Of a DNA stretch of 64,000 bases, positions 11,249-24,008 are shown in pieces. Every line of letters begins with the position of its first letter. Position 1 is the first letter of the stretch. Source of the stretch: Lama glama (lineage: Eukaryota); NCBI GenBank assembly GCA_028534125.1, contig CM052818.1, positions 24,678,001 through 24,742,000 of the forward strand, written 5' to 3'. The position numbers were made by a program, and so were the translations under genes. The notes under the pieces are model-generated. The model saw nothing but the letters and a program-made list of their open reading frames with translations, ran no database searches and was not told the origin of the DNA.

Positions 11249-14200
11249 CATATTTAGTAAAAATACACAAACATACTAGGGATGAACAAGCACCAAATTT
11301 AGAATGGAGATTACTTTGGTAGGAGGGAAGGGATCAAGGAAAGATACTGAGGGAGCATCAACACATATTTCTAACATGTCACTTCCCTAAAACATAAGAA
11401 GCAAATTAACCAAATATAACCCTTCAGAAAGCTTAGGTTAAGTGAATATTTTATTATTGTCTCTACTTTCTATGTGCCTGAAAAATTCATAATTTTTTAA
11501 AAACCTGACTCTTATTGAGCATATTGCTGAATATCACATTCAGAATCGGATTCTTTTAAAGTAAATACAACAAGCAAGAAGAGTATGGATTTACGCATAT
11601 TATGTCAATGTATAAAAGAAGGCCTGGAAGGTTCAGACAGGCTGCTGACTGTGGCTGCCCCTGGAAGAAGAAATGAAAAGAGGGAGGAAGGAAAAAGGGA
11701 GTTCTGTGTTTTGTTCTGTATCCTTCTGTTTGAATCTTTGAGAATTTTACTTGAGTTATGATAAAGAGAAAACACAATGGAATGAAGCCCAGAGGAACAC
11801 AGCGTTATCCTGAAGCTCCTCTCTCTGCAGAAGGAGACAGGCTTACCATGGCCTGGTGATTACAAACGGCCTATTTATTCAGGTGGGACAGTTGTTTCTA
11901 AGCCAAGAAAAGTTCGTGAAATGGAACTATCTTGAGTCTTATAGGTTACATGGCAAGACAGTGCTGGGAGGGGAAGGCCTTTGAGAGGCCGTTCTTCTCA
12001 TCTCCAAAGATGAGGAGGCACATTCTCATTAACTACTGTGAAATCAGGGCTTGGCTATAAAAGCAGACGGCTTTAGAATGAGTGGTTTCCCAGGAGTCGT
12101 TTATTTATTTGATGTTATGTCACTGATAAAGTGTGCCAACCGTGATTAAGCCACATTTATTCAGATGCACACCGTGGCCTCCCGGAACAGCGCAGGCCAA
12201 AGTCCTCCATCTTTGTCAGGGACTCCCAATTATTCAGGCAACTCATCAACGGGTCTCTGGTGGTAGCAACTAGTGCTTAAAACATACATCATGTCAATCA
12301 AGGTACCTAAAAGTAAAGGGAAGGAGGTATGCAGGTGGTGACTCTGCAGAACCATGTCAGAGAAGCATATCAAAGTCAGGAAACTTGCCCTTCATTGTTT
12401 CTGGAAATTCAAATCTTTGGAGCAACAGATGATAACAATATTTCACATTTCTTGTGGACTAATCATCTGGCCAGCAGAAAACGGAGTGCTATTTGTACCC
12501 CCCTTCTTTAAGCATCACAGCCCCAGGCAGGTTGCTGTGTCATCTGGCCACGCCCTTGGAGCCTGCTGCCCACCGCAGAGCTCAGTATCGGCAGGCTGGT
12601 GATGGAGTGAGTTGGGACAGAAGTGCAGTTGTGGCATATCCTTTGGTAAGTCATTTCATTTCTCTGAGCTCCAGGTTCCTCTCCTTAATATTGGGTAAGG
12701 ATAAAATGAAATAATGAATATATAAAGTTTTTGAAAAGCGCTTAGCCGCTAATTGCTATAAAACCTAAATAAAAAGTAATGAGGGATATAGTATTCCTCC
12801 AACATCCAACACACACACCTACCAGTGTGGGTGCTCAATTTCACAGGTACCACATCATCTTTCCTTTCTCTCAGCAAAAGCATATTCCTGGCCTCTTTCC
12901 TCAAAGCCATATATCAAAACAAGAAACAGGCCAAAAAGAAGCTAGTACTCAAGTCTCCAAAATACAGCAATCCATACTTGTACCACTACCCTGCATCACA
13001 CTGCCCATCTTACAACATGCTTCCCACACCCACGCCCCTTCCCACCATGCAAACGCCAACCAGATCTCTTCTTGTAGGTCTGATCTCTTTTGGTCCATTC
13101 TTGGAGACTTAAGAACGTAGTTTCCATCTAAAGATGGCAAATCATTATACTGCCAACAAAAATTACAGTGTAGTTTTATTCCTTGTCACTATTCAACTAA
13201 AAAATGCCTTGCGCTTATTTAAAAAAAAAAATTATATCTAAGCCTTAAATTCTCTTTAGCCACTACCCCTAATTATTCTTATGCATTTATTGGCATAGAC
13301 ACACACATAAAATTGTTGTGTCACATAAATGGTGTTACACTGTACAGATTCCATAACTTGATTTTCTGCAACATGTTTAGACTTCCATCCACATTAGCTG
13401 TGATGCCCTGCTAACATAGATTTTGTTCTATGAAACCTGATGAGATTGAACATAACCTATTATACTGTTACTTAGAAAAAATGAGGACAGTTTCCATTTC
13501 CAATTTAGAAGAGAGAGAAACAAAACAACTGCTGGGTTGGTTTCAGGGACATCAGGTGTCCTGGTCCTCGGTTGAATGATTCAATTCACACTTGATCTCT
13601 TATTTAAAAGTGACAGTGTCAGGAAATCAGGCAAACCAGGATAGAAGAGACAGTAATAGCTCCAGAGCTTCAAAATATAGAAGCAGATTTTTTTTTCACA
13701 GGAGGGGCCAGAAAAGAATTTTCATTTCAAATCCCTTAATTTACAGGTAAGAAATCTGAGACTAAGAAATACTATAAATTTATCCAAAGATATATAGCCA
13801 AAATTTCTCAGCTTTGCCCCTGTTATTGGGTTTTCCTTTCCCTAATTCTGCAGATCTGTCTCAAAAACCTCAGGAGTAATCAATACATAGTCTATATATT
13901 TTTTTAACAAACCAAACAAACCCTTGCAGCTCACCAGGTAAAAGCTACTGTATTTGATTTGTTCTTTGAGCTGGGACACGGCAGTAAAAATTAATTTATA
14001 TTTAATCAATCAACAGTGATAGTGATAGATTGCTTTCAGACATTTCTAAAGGTCTAAAAAGTCAATATTTGCTCAAGCGGGGCAACCACAGGACTTCCAT
14101 TGGCCACAAATAATATCCGTGGTGAGAAATAAATTTAATTAAGTGATGCACGTGATGCATTTACTTAGCACAGAGCCTGTTACATCGATGCTTCCCAATG

Positions 14201-15143
14201 GTAAGCATTTTTATTTAAAAATGCCCTCTTTGCTGGAAACTCACTCACTGCTCTGAACTGGAAGAAAATGAGGACCCCTGAGCCTGCTTTCCAGCACCCT
14301 AGCCCAATACTAATACTTGATTTATGTTAATCAGAGAGGGGTGATGATGGTTTATGGTCTATGATGTTTGAGCCAATTCCAAAAGAAAAAAATCCTATTT
14401 CATTTCATTGGGAAGAATGTCTTCCCATTGTGGAAGTCAATACTTTTCTTCCCTGGCATCCCTGCTCAGTTATGAGTGGGAATAGTTCCAAATCATCCTC
14501 CCGGTCCCCCTTGCTTGAAGCCTTCAGGCCACAGCAGTGCGCCAGCTGGCAAGGAACACGTAAGTTAAGAGACTCTTCTCAGGTTTTTCACATTTGCTGT
14601 ATTAACAAGTTTATCCATTTGACTTTTTCCAAGACCTTCTTTCTAAATGAAAAGTAAACATGCCATTGTCCTTGGATAAGAGCCTCTTTGACCTTCTCTC
14701 TTCTCAGCTTATGAGAAGCAGATGCTCTGTAGTTATAATTTGGACCCAGGGAAACCCATCAGTTTTCTAATCGTACATGTGTAAACCAGATGTTGGCCAA
14801 GGAATCCTGGCCCCTTGGAATGTAGATAAAATCAGCTCCAATCCTTATTCCATGCCCATTCTAAGTCCAAAACATCTGCCCTCCCTCCAAACTTTCTTTC
14901 AGATTCCTGGACAGCCTCAAGCTCATGTTCACCTCTGCTCTGGGCTCCCATTTCTCATGGGCTTGTTTTCTCCACTCAGCACTGAATTTCCCCAAATGTC
15001 AAACATCACCTTATGAGCAATTTCCAAAATCAATCAAACATAACCCCAAAGCATGTATGACTGCAATTCAATGGGCTTAGGATCTGGGGGGAGATGGAAG
15101 AGGCATCACAACTTTTATGCAGCCCCGTTCTTAAAATGTCTTT

Positions 15144-15277
15144 TTTTTTTAATTGCAGGGGGGTATGGTAATTAGGTTTATTTATTTGTTTTTGTTTTTA
15201 ATGGAGGTGCTGGGGATTGAACCCAGGACCTCATGTGTGCTAGCATGCACTTTACCACTGAGCTATATCCACCCACC
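15144..15277 (-). mobile_element. Camelid Vic-1-type SINE
   Basis: tRNA-like head with A and B boxes in reverse. 14-bp TSD cttaaaatgtcttt (15130-15143) / cttaagatgtcttt (15278-15291). Confidence 0.95.
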
Positions 15278-16337
15278 CTTAAGATGTCTTTAACTCATCT
15301 CACTGTGGAGAATTTCCACTGGCTGCTCCTGAGACCAGCTTCACCCCATCTTTCGAGCTTCTTTTGTCTTGTGCAACCTCCTATTTCATCTGACTCTCTT
15401 CTTCATGGAACTCCAAATTCCTCTCCTTCAGTTAAGCAAATCCATTTAACTCTCCCAAGACAGGACAGCAAAACTCTTAGTTGACTTTCATTTACCAAAC
15501 CCAACAAACTCTTCAGCAGGACTGTACAAGCGCCACCTTATTCAGAGAACAGCTGTCCTAACTAATGGAAGTTTGTCACTTTTTCCCATTTTGTTATATA
15601 TAAATCAAGTTCTTGATTGGAGATGGGTCCAAAGGATCACATTGGTCACACTGAAGTTTTTGTACCCCCTAAAGTCGTGCAGTGCTCAGATGCATGGGCA
15701 TTTCCAGTCGCCGAGGAGCAAATTGGTTGAAGTTGTAGAAATTGACACCTTGGGAAGAAACACTTAGGGCATAGGAAAGAGCTAGCAGCCAAAATTATGG
15801 GAAAAGAAAGGAATGTTTAAAAAAAAAGTGATGAAATAAGGTGAGAAAGAAGGAGAAGCAAAAGGAGTAGCTACAAAAAGAGGGAGCTGGTTTTATAACA
15901 AAGGGGAAAAAAAGGAAAGAAAAATGTGGAAGAAGGGAGCACCAGAGGGGGCAGGGGAAGATGGGGGTGGCAGAGAGTTGAGGCCACTCTGCCTGCATTT
16001 TTCTCCTGGCTCCACCATCTTTTTGTGTCACCCGGCCCAGAGGTCTTTGGCAGGCTTGTCTAACTAAGCAGAGCACTAGACTTGAGCTCTGGTCCAAGCT
16101 CTAATGAGAGTCTGTAGGCAGGTCATTTACCCTCTTGGGTGTGTTTGATTCATCTCTGAAAGACAGCAATTAAACTCAGTGGAAAGGTCCCTTCCAGTTA
16201 TAAGATTCAGCATCTCCAGAAGACACGACATTCCTCAATCTCCTACACCCCTGCATACTGAACACATTGCTCCCTTTTTTCACTGTCTCCCTTTCCCTCT
16301 TCCTTTTTTTTCCTGTTTGAATTTTAATCTTTAAACA

Positions 16338-16897
16338 TTTTTATTGAAGTATAGTCAGTTTACAATGTTGTGTCAGTTTCTGGTGTATAGCATAATGCTT
16401 CAGTCATACATAGACATGCATATATTCCTTTTCATATTCTTTTTCAGCATAAGTTACTACAAGATATTGAATGTAGTTCCCTGTGCTATACAGTACAAGC
16501 CTGTTGTTTATCTATTTTATATATGGTAGTTAGTATCTGCAAATCTCAAACTCACAATTTATTCCTTCCCATGTCTTTTCCCCCTGGTAATCATAAGTTT
16601 GTTTTCTATGCCTGGTTGACTCTGTTTATGTTTTGAAAATAAGTTCATTTGTGTCTTTTTTTTTTTAAGATTCCACATGAGTGCTATCATATGATATTTT
16701 TCTTTCTCTTTCTGGCTTACTTCACTTAGAACGACAATCTCCAGGTCCATCCATGGTGCTGCAAATGGCATTACTTTACTCTTTTTTATGGTTGAGGAGC
16801 AGTCCATTATATAAATATACCACCACTTCTTTATCCAGTCCTCTATCGATGGACATTTAGATGATTTCCGTATCTTAGCTGTTGTACATAATGCTGC
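16338..16897 (-). mobile_element. Camelid-type L1 3' end, 5'-truncated
   Basis: ttttattgaagtatagtcagtttacaatgttgtgtc...; the minus-strand translation includes KCPSIEDWIKKWWYIY...MPFAAPWMDLE (L1 ORF2 C-terminus). Confidence 0.93.
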
Positions 16898-16935
16898 CCT
16901 GGACACTGGCCTCCTCCTCCTTGATCTGAGCATAG

Positions 16936-16968
16936 TGAGTCAGAAGCCAGGAAGCCCTTGCTGAGTCA
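16936..16968. promoter_or_regulatory. AP-1 / ETS / ARE(MARE) motif cluster
   Basis: TGAGTCA (16936), CAGGAAG (16948) and TGCTGAGTCA (16959) within 33 bp. Motifs only; no functional data. Confidence 0.4.
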
Positions 16969-18606
16969 GATGTCCGTCTACTGTCTAGGTAGCTGTGAGC
17001 TACCCAGCAGCATCCCAAAGACCACCTGGAGGAGGCATGACATTCAAATACATCTTTTTAACCATGATTCCAGCCACTTTTAAGTATCATGTAAAATCAA
17101 GTGGTATCAAAATAAACTGGTTTTACTACTTAGTAACTGGTATTACTATTCTAGTATTTACTATTACTGTCTGAGCTAAAGGGTCAAGATGCTATGTGAA
17201 TTTACATGCAGATTCATCTGCCTTGTCCAACACTCATCAAGCCCCAGAGTGTGCAGAGCTCTACCATACACTGTGGGAGTTTCCAGAATCAAAGTAATGT
17301 GGATTGAGGAGTCAGAAGTACCCTGATCAAGAAAGGGTAGAGCTGGCAAGGAGGGGACTGGGCTAGAGGATTCTAGCCTCAAAGCACAACAGCCGTTAGC
17401 AGTCCTTATCAAAATCCCTACCCGCTCAAAGCCCTTGTCCTATAACCTTTCAGGGGACCACAGTTAGACCACTGGAGCATCTAATTCACCGGATGCTACC
17501 AATGGCTGGAAGATGCTCTTTCTAAGGCGATCCTAATAACACTGTATAAATGACCTGCTGAGTATACCATTTCTATCATATAATGGGTCAAAGATAAAGA
17601 TATTTTTGAGCAACGGCACCTTTTCTGGGTTTCTGAAGTTCTACTACACAGACTATTTCTCCACATTTACATCAAGTTGCATTTTTAAGTTTTAAAAATG
17701 TTTTGCTACGTGCTGATACTAAAATGGAAAAAAGCAAGGAGAAAAAGGATGGGAGATAAAGAAAGGCTAAGAAACCAATTAAGAGCACTAGGGACGGGGG
17801 TCTCACTGGTATACTTGGAGCAGGTTTTATTTATACAGAGCAAGCATAGCTGTGGCAGATTAAGTGCCTGAGAATTAGGTCAGAGGATTGGCCGGCACTT
17901 AACCACACTGCTCTGAGTTTTAGGGGAACCCTGAGAGAAGTTTTCCATGGGCAAATACGTTTGGGAAATGCCATATTCCATACCCATGTCTTTGACATGC
18001 ACAGTACATATTAAAGACCCTAAGGTTTCTTGCAGGAGAAAAAAAAAGTTATCTAATTCAATAAGCTCAGCCTTGTCAAACCCATCTGGCCACAGAACCA
18101 ATTTTTCCACGTAATGCCTATTAGCACATTGCAGACATCAGCATATTAGATATTAGCATATTCCAGGAACACACATTGCAAATGACTGACACAACATCAT
18201 TCTGATATTCACGATTAACCCTCTCCTCTGTCATAGGAAGAAGAAGCCTAGACACTACATAGCCTTAAAAATAAAACTACCCCAGATTGGTGTTCACAGA
18301 TGAAAGGCAAGTGCATCTGCCGGGGGAGGGGTTGTAACTTTATCAGGTGTTTTCTTGCTAGAATAAGATGCAGATCACCCGAAAAACATCAAGATGTTCA
18401 TCACTATAGGAAGCCTTTCACTTTTTGGTTCTTGCTCTGGACATGTGAAGGAACACATGATTTTGAGCTACCTCTGCAGGGTGATTATCTGACCTCCCTC
18501 CCACAGATCATCATTTTCCCTTCCTAATTCAGTAAAGTAATCTCGTTTTATCATTAATGCAGGAGCAGACTGTCTTGCTTGTGTTACAAAACCAGAGATT
18601 CTTAGA

Positions 18607-18735
18607 GGGAAGGGTGTAGCTCAGTGTTGAGTGCATGCCTAGCAGGCACGAGGTCCTGGGTTCAACCCCCAGTACCTCCATCAAAAACAAATAAACGTAA
18701 TGACCCCCCCAACAAAAGATATTATTTTTTAAAAA
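18607..18735 (+). mobile_element. Camelid Vic-1-type SINE
   Basis: gggaagggtgtagctcagtgttgagtgcatgcctagcaggcacgaggtcctgggttcaacccccagtacctcc followed by an A-rich tail. Confidence 0.93.
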
Positions 18736-20134
18736 TGTAGGTAACTAGCACTGGTACATGGGATAGCAAGGCACATGCAGTTCAAAATCATGAGAACTAA
18801 TAAGTACAACCTTGAACAAGGCTGTGCCACCAACTAGCTACTTCACACTTGGCCATGACAGCCCTGCTTCTAAGATGAGAGTGTAGGACTTAACAGCTCA
18901 GAAGTCCCAGTCAGCTCTAACAGAACAAGAGACAAGATAAAAGGACGGCTAAATATTCTGGCTTTAGAGTCAGAACAGCTTAAACGTGAACCCAGCTCCA
19001 TCACTTACTATCTGCCCGCTCGGACAAATTACCGCACTTCTCTTTGCTTAGAGAAGTTACTGTTATTATCCAGGATAATGGATATCCCCAATCATCTATT
19101 AATATTTAGTTGATCTAATTCATGAGGATTAAATAAAATTGTTTATATTACAAATATTTACAGTCTGGAACATAAAAAGGGATCTAAAAATACTGCCGAT
19201 ATGAGTATCAATAATTTCCTATACCGTTGAATTCTGAGTATCAAGGTAGCAGATGGGGCCCAAAAAAGGACCAGATTGGGCCACATGAAGTCCACATACT
19301 CATGCAGAATAGCTTGATTGTGTAAGCCTACACCACGTGTTAATAATGTCCAATTAAAGTTGAAATATCTGCATTTCAGAAGATGCCTTACACTAAACTG
19401 AAATTAAAATAAAAAAAATGGCACCATTTTTGTCCCAAACATCTTGAAGCTCTTTTGGTCTCCAGCAGGAGAGGATAATCCAGTTTTTATCATTTGCTTT
19501 GCTTGAATACAGCTGCTTCCTTTTGCTGAAGCAGCTGGAATTTATCTTCTTTTCAAAGTTTTGCTTCAGAACTTGGCTTTCCCCCTTTATTCCAGGCTTG
19601 GTGTAAATAAGGACATAAGCTGAGAACAAAAACATAAACCACGAACAGCCATCTAAGGAGGTGGAAAGTCTGTTTTCCTTATAAGCATTGCTGGGACTCC
19701 AATCCATCACCAATTTCCCAGGAATGTTTGGATGTTGGTTGGGAAACCAATTACAGATTGTCTGCAGAAAGCAACCTGGGTCCAAAAGGATGGAGTTTTG
19801 AAGAAACATTTCCATAAAAACTAATTGTGTGTGTTTCTCAGAATGACAACCTTAATAATTTGGGTAGAATGAATAAACACTACTGAAGCATCACCACACG
19901 TCCAACAACCCTGGAAAGAGGCTAAGTGCACAGCTCAATGACAAATGGATATCGCTATATAAGATCTTGGTCATTCACTTTCCAAATTAAGAATGTTTCC
20001 AAGAGCACTGGGAAATGTTTGGTAAGAGAAAAAGGTCATTGCTTTCCACATATTAATAATGATGGTGGTTCCATAATAATGCATGCTAATAACAAGCATA
20101 ATTATTGATATTGTATTTGATAGCTTACAATTAC

Positions 20135-20310
20135 AGACAACTGGGTTTGAGTCTCAACTCTGCCACTTACTAGCTATGTGATCTGTATTTAATCTCTATC
20201 TCAGCTCACTCACGTGTAGTGTGAGGTTAATAGTATCTACCTCACAGGACTGGGTAAGCATTAAATCAACGGTGCATAGTATAGAACAAGGCTCTATAAA
20301 TACTAGCTTA
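20135..20310 (+). mobile_element. MIR SINE
   Basis: ctgggtttgagtctcaactctgccacttactagctatgtga...tatctacctcacagg is the MIR core. Confidence 0.8.
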
Positions 20311-20861
20311 ATATTATTGAGTGTTCACCATGTGTCCCAGGTTAGTGTGACACTGAAGCCTCTGCTCTTAGTCACTGTTCTATCTTGCCTGCTGGATGAT
20401 GGATGATAGGTGGGGTGGGTAAGGAGAGTGGACGGATAGAAGACAGAGCAAAGGAAAGCAGTAACAAATAAACTCAAATAAACCTTGTAACAGCTCGCTT
20501 TCTGACTCATCACGAACTTACGCATCACAAGAGAGATTTATAAACCATGATCTTTCTCGAGAGGAGAGAATCTTGGAGCAATTCTCACTGTGGACTCCAG
20601 ATTTCTTCCAGACCACAGTATTTTCAATCAGAAAAAATCTGATAAAAGTTAAAGTCTCTAACAAAGTTCTGCTGAACAGCTGAACAAACCATGGATAAAC
20701 CTTGGGTAATGAAAAGGCGAGAGAGCTGCAGAAGGTCGTGGAGAAGGTGCATAACTTGGCAGAGGGCAAGCTGCTGGCGGTTGGGGTTGATAGGACGACA
20801 GTAGATGTGGTTACCAAGGGAGTGGATTTACACAATGGCAGAACCTGGTGAGACCCTGTTT

Positions 20862-21780
20862 ACAGTCAGGGTCTGGAGGAAGCTGGCTCTGAAATGGAAT
20901 TTAATGAGCAGGGAATTCATTAGAAAGTGTCCTGAGGATCAAGCCTGGTGGAAGGTGGGAAATGGAAGCAGGATTCGGCAAGTTGAGAAGCTGAGCTGTG
21001 AAGCAAGACCTGCAGCCTCAGCCGGCCCCATGAGGGGCTCTGGAGCACCAACGGCCATCACACTGACCCACGGGGAGCCGAGCTGGCCAGGCTCCTGCCT
21101 GACTCAGTCACCATAAGCAGGATGGAGGTGGAGGAAGCTTTCTGCAGCTGAAGCAATCTCTGAAGGTGAAATGGGAGGGAAGGGGGCAGGGCACAACCGT
21201 TGAAGGAATGACACAGCAGCTGAGGACAGGACAAACTGGTTAGAACCAAGATGGTGGAAGATTCAACTTCCAGTAGACCTTGAGCCTCATGGCTCACCCA
21301 CCAGCACGACAGTTCACAGACTGATCATTAAAGTTCAAACAGGGGCGGGGCGGGGCGGGGCAGGGTGTTGCCTGGAAATCCTCACCATTCCCCAAAGTAG
21401 TTGGAATAATCCTCCTACTCATTCGCAAATGAAATTACCAAGCCCATAAAACCCTAGCAACTCCACACCTCGTGGTTACTCTCTCTTTTGCCTCCTGAGA
21501 TGGCCCACCCTCTATGGAGCGTTTATCTACTTTTATTTTAAACTAAATACCCTACACCTCTCAGCCTCTCTCCCTCTCGCCTTTCTGAGATGGCCCACAT
21601 TCTGCCTATGGAGTATATGTATCTCTCCAAATGAACTTACTTTCACTTTACCATGCCTTGCTCTTGAATTCTTTCCTGCATGGGGCAAGAATCTATTCTC
21701 CCACAACAAAGGAACTGACAGCACTCCCAGCAGAAGGGGGATTTGAGCAAAGCACCTGGCTGCTCCTCACAGCACCCCCA
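20862..21780 (-). mobile_element. LTR33-like ERVL LTR, split by an ERV1 LTR insertion
   Basis: ggaagctggctctgaaatgga...gatcaagcctg...ggaagcaggatt...gctgaagcaatctctgaagg resumes after the insert as aactgacagcactcccagcagaagggggatttg. Confidence 0.7.
21167..21708 (+). mobile_element. ERV1-class solo LTR (MER41-like artiodactyl family)
   Basis: TG...CA termini with a 4-bp TSD AAGG (21163-21166 and 21709-21712). R/U5-like ctcttgaattctttcctgc...caagaa. Internal duplication of ctgagatggcccac...ctatggag. Confidence 0.85.
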
Positions 21781-21783
21781 GGT

Positions 21784-21961
21784 CAGTGTTTCTCCACCTG
21801 TAGCCAAACAAGTACCTGAGTCAGCATTACCTAAAAGGGGCAGATTCCTGGGCCCCAACTCCTAGCTACTGAATCAGAGTGTCTAGGGGCATGGCCTGAG
21901 GGTATGCATTTTAATAAGCTCCATGGGTGATTCTGGTTCACAGCAAAGCCTGAGAATAGCT
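21784..21961 (+). mobile_element. MER5A-like hAT-Charlie MITE
   Basis: cagtgtttctc...gcagattcctgggcccc...tactgaatcaga...tgcattttaataagctcc...ggtgattct...tgagaa. Confidence 0.85.
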
Positions 21962-23348
21962 ATACGTATGAGAAGAAAGAAAAAAAACTTGCTGCCCAGC
22001 CAATTAGGAACTTGAAAAAGAGAACTTCCAAATTTTGTTCCTAATCCCACAGTGTTCAATGTAATTTACAGAGTAAATTCTTGCTGAAAATAAATTTCCT
22101 CCAGCTCCCTTGGTGGCTGCTGGAAGAGGATTTCCCTCTGTGAGCATGGATGCATTTTCTGCAGCTGGCCATCCATCCTGAATGCCTGCCCACAGATGCC
22201 CAAGAGGGACACGGGGTTTCCAATACATCAACACGAGCCTGGCAGGACGGGTGCGGCCAAAGCTGATTCACTGTGCCAAAGCGGTCTCCGGGCTCATGGG
22301 TGTCTCTCCTCCCCAGAATCCTTGTTGCTTCTGAAGAGTCTGTATGTTAATAGTACCATCCAGCAAAACCACTGCCTTGTATAAGGAAGCTCTGGGAGGT
22401 CATTAAACAAGCTCCCAGCGCCATACACCCTGAGCAGTAAAAGATTTGGCGCACAGTTGAATCTCTATTCCAAAACCCTCAGTTTTCTACACTTAACTGC
22501 TCATCTGAAGTCCATCCCCTGGGCACTGCCATGCTGACCCCTCTTTCTGCCTTCCTTCTAATAGGGTCCAGGGCGAGCAATGACACATCAACCTAAAGGC
22601 TTTGAGCCTTAGTCAACCAGGCAAAACTAAACATACGGAAAACAGCCAAGTTCTCTGTCTGAAAAGGTAAATATTTATATTTGTCCGTATACTCAATGTG
22701 AGACTCAATGAAGTTCATATGCTTTGACTCCACAAATTCACCTCTTAGAAATAACCAAAGGAAAAATAATAACTGTGGGAAAAGCACAAAGATGTTCAGC
22801 AGCGAATTACATGTAACAGTGACAAAAATGGAAAAAAAAATTCTACAAAAAGAATAGCAGGGTATATATTACGTTATGCAGCTATTAAAATAGCTACCAG
22901 AATGGTTTTGAATAACAAAGGAAAATGCCTTCATTTACTATTAGGTGGATGTGCAGGGCACATAGTTGTTCACACAGAAAGAATTCAAATGTTAAAAGTG
23001 CTTATTAAAAAAGACATTTACAGAAATGTTAACAGTACTGTGTCCGGATGATGAAAGTAAATCATTTTCTTTGAGGAATTTTAACTTTACAAGTTAAGTT
23101 TATAATTTTTAAGAAATACATAAAACAAGGCCTTGCATTTCAGTCTCATTCTCTGTATTATAGAAGTCCATGAAACTGTAGACTCCTAAATATGAAGATA
23201 GTGTTTGCTTCCTAGAGATACCCTGTTAGATGGGAAGTGTATCACAGAAGTGATCATTTGTTATTATAGGTATAATCAATCCATAGACTTGGGCAAAGCT
23301 GTGCTTCTCCACCTGTGTTTTCAGCAGTTTCTTTTATAAAAAAAAATT

Positions 23349-23818
23349 ACTACTACTCAGCCATAAAAACTGACAACATAACGCCATTTGCAGCAACATG
23401 GATGCTCCTGAAGAATGTGATTCTAAGTGAAGTAACCCAGAAAGAGAAAGAAAAATACCATATGAGATCGCTCATATGTGGAATCTAAAAAACAAAAACA
23501 AACAAACAAACAAAAAACAACAAAGCGTAAATACAGGACAGAAATAGACTCACAGACATAGAATACAGACTTCTGGTTGACAGGGGGGCGGAGGGTGGGA
23601 AGGGATAGACTGGGATTTCAAAACTGTAGAATAGATAAAACAAGATTATACTGTATAGCACAGGGAAATATACACAAAATCTTATGGTAGGTAGCTCACA
23701 GAGAAAAAAATGTGACAATGAGTGTGTATATGTCCATGTATGACTGAAAAATTGTGCTGAACACTGGAATTTGACACAACATTGTAAAATGATTATAAAT
23801 CAATAAAAGTTCAAAAAA
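23349..23818 (+). mobile_element. Relatively young camelid L1 3' end
   Basis: tactactcagccataaaaa...gccatttgcagcaacatggatg...gacacaacattgtaaaatgattataaatcaataaaa, with CpGs retained. Confidence 0.92.
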
Positions 23819-23864
23819 TTGATTTTTTTGAGCTCTCTTATTGATTTTGCACATCTTTAAAATT

Positions 23865-24008
23865 CTTTTTGTTGTTGTTGTTTTGTTTTTTGAGGCGAGG
23901 TGGAAGTAATTAGGTTTATTCATTGATTTTTTAATGGAAGTACTGGGTTTGAACCCAGGACCTGGTGCATGCTAAGCTCAAACTCTACCACTGAGATATA
24001 CCCTCCCC
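23865..24008 (-). mobile_element. Camelid Vic-1-type SINE
   Basis: gtaattaggtttatt...tactgggtttgaacccaggacc...tctaccactgagatataccctcccc. Confidence 0.92.

Noticed and set aside
19224..19397. Strong minus-strand acceptor (ttttttttattttaatttcag) and possible exon
   Set aside because: The donor is weak (ACG|gtatag), the longest frame stops before it, and the peptide is unrecognisable.
19393..19815. Longest ORF in the track (140 aa, minus strand)
   Set aside because: No recognisable domain or bounding splice sites. This length can arise by chance in 64 kb.
21203..21714. Alternative LTR boundary at 21209 with a 6-bp TSD aaggaa
   Set aside because: The 21167 boundary gives the 4-bp TSD typical of ERV1 and restores a continuous LTR33 host.
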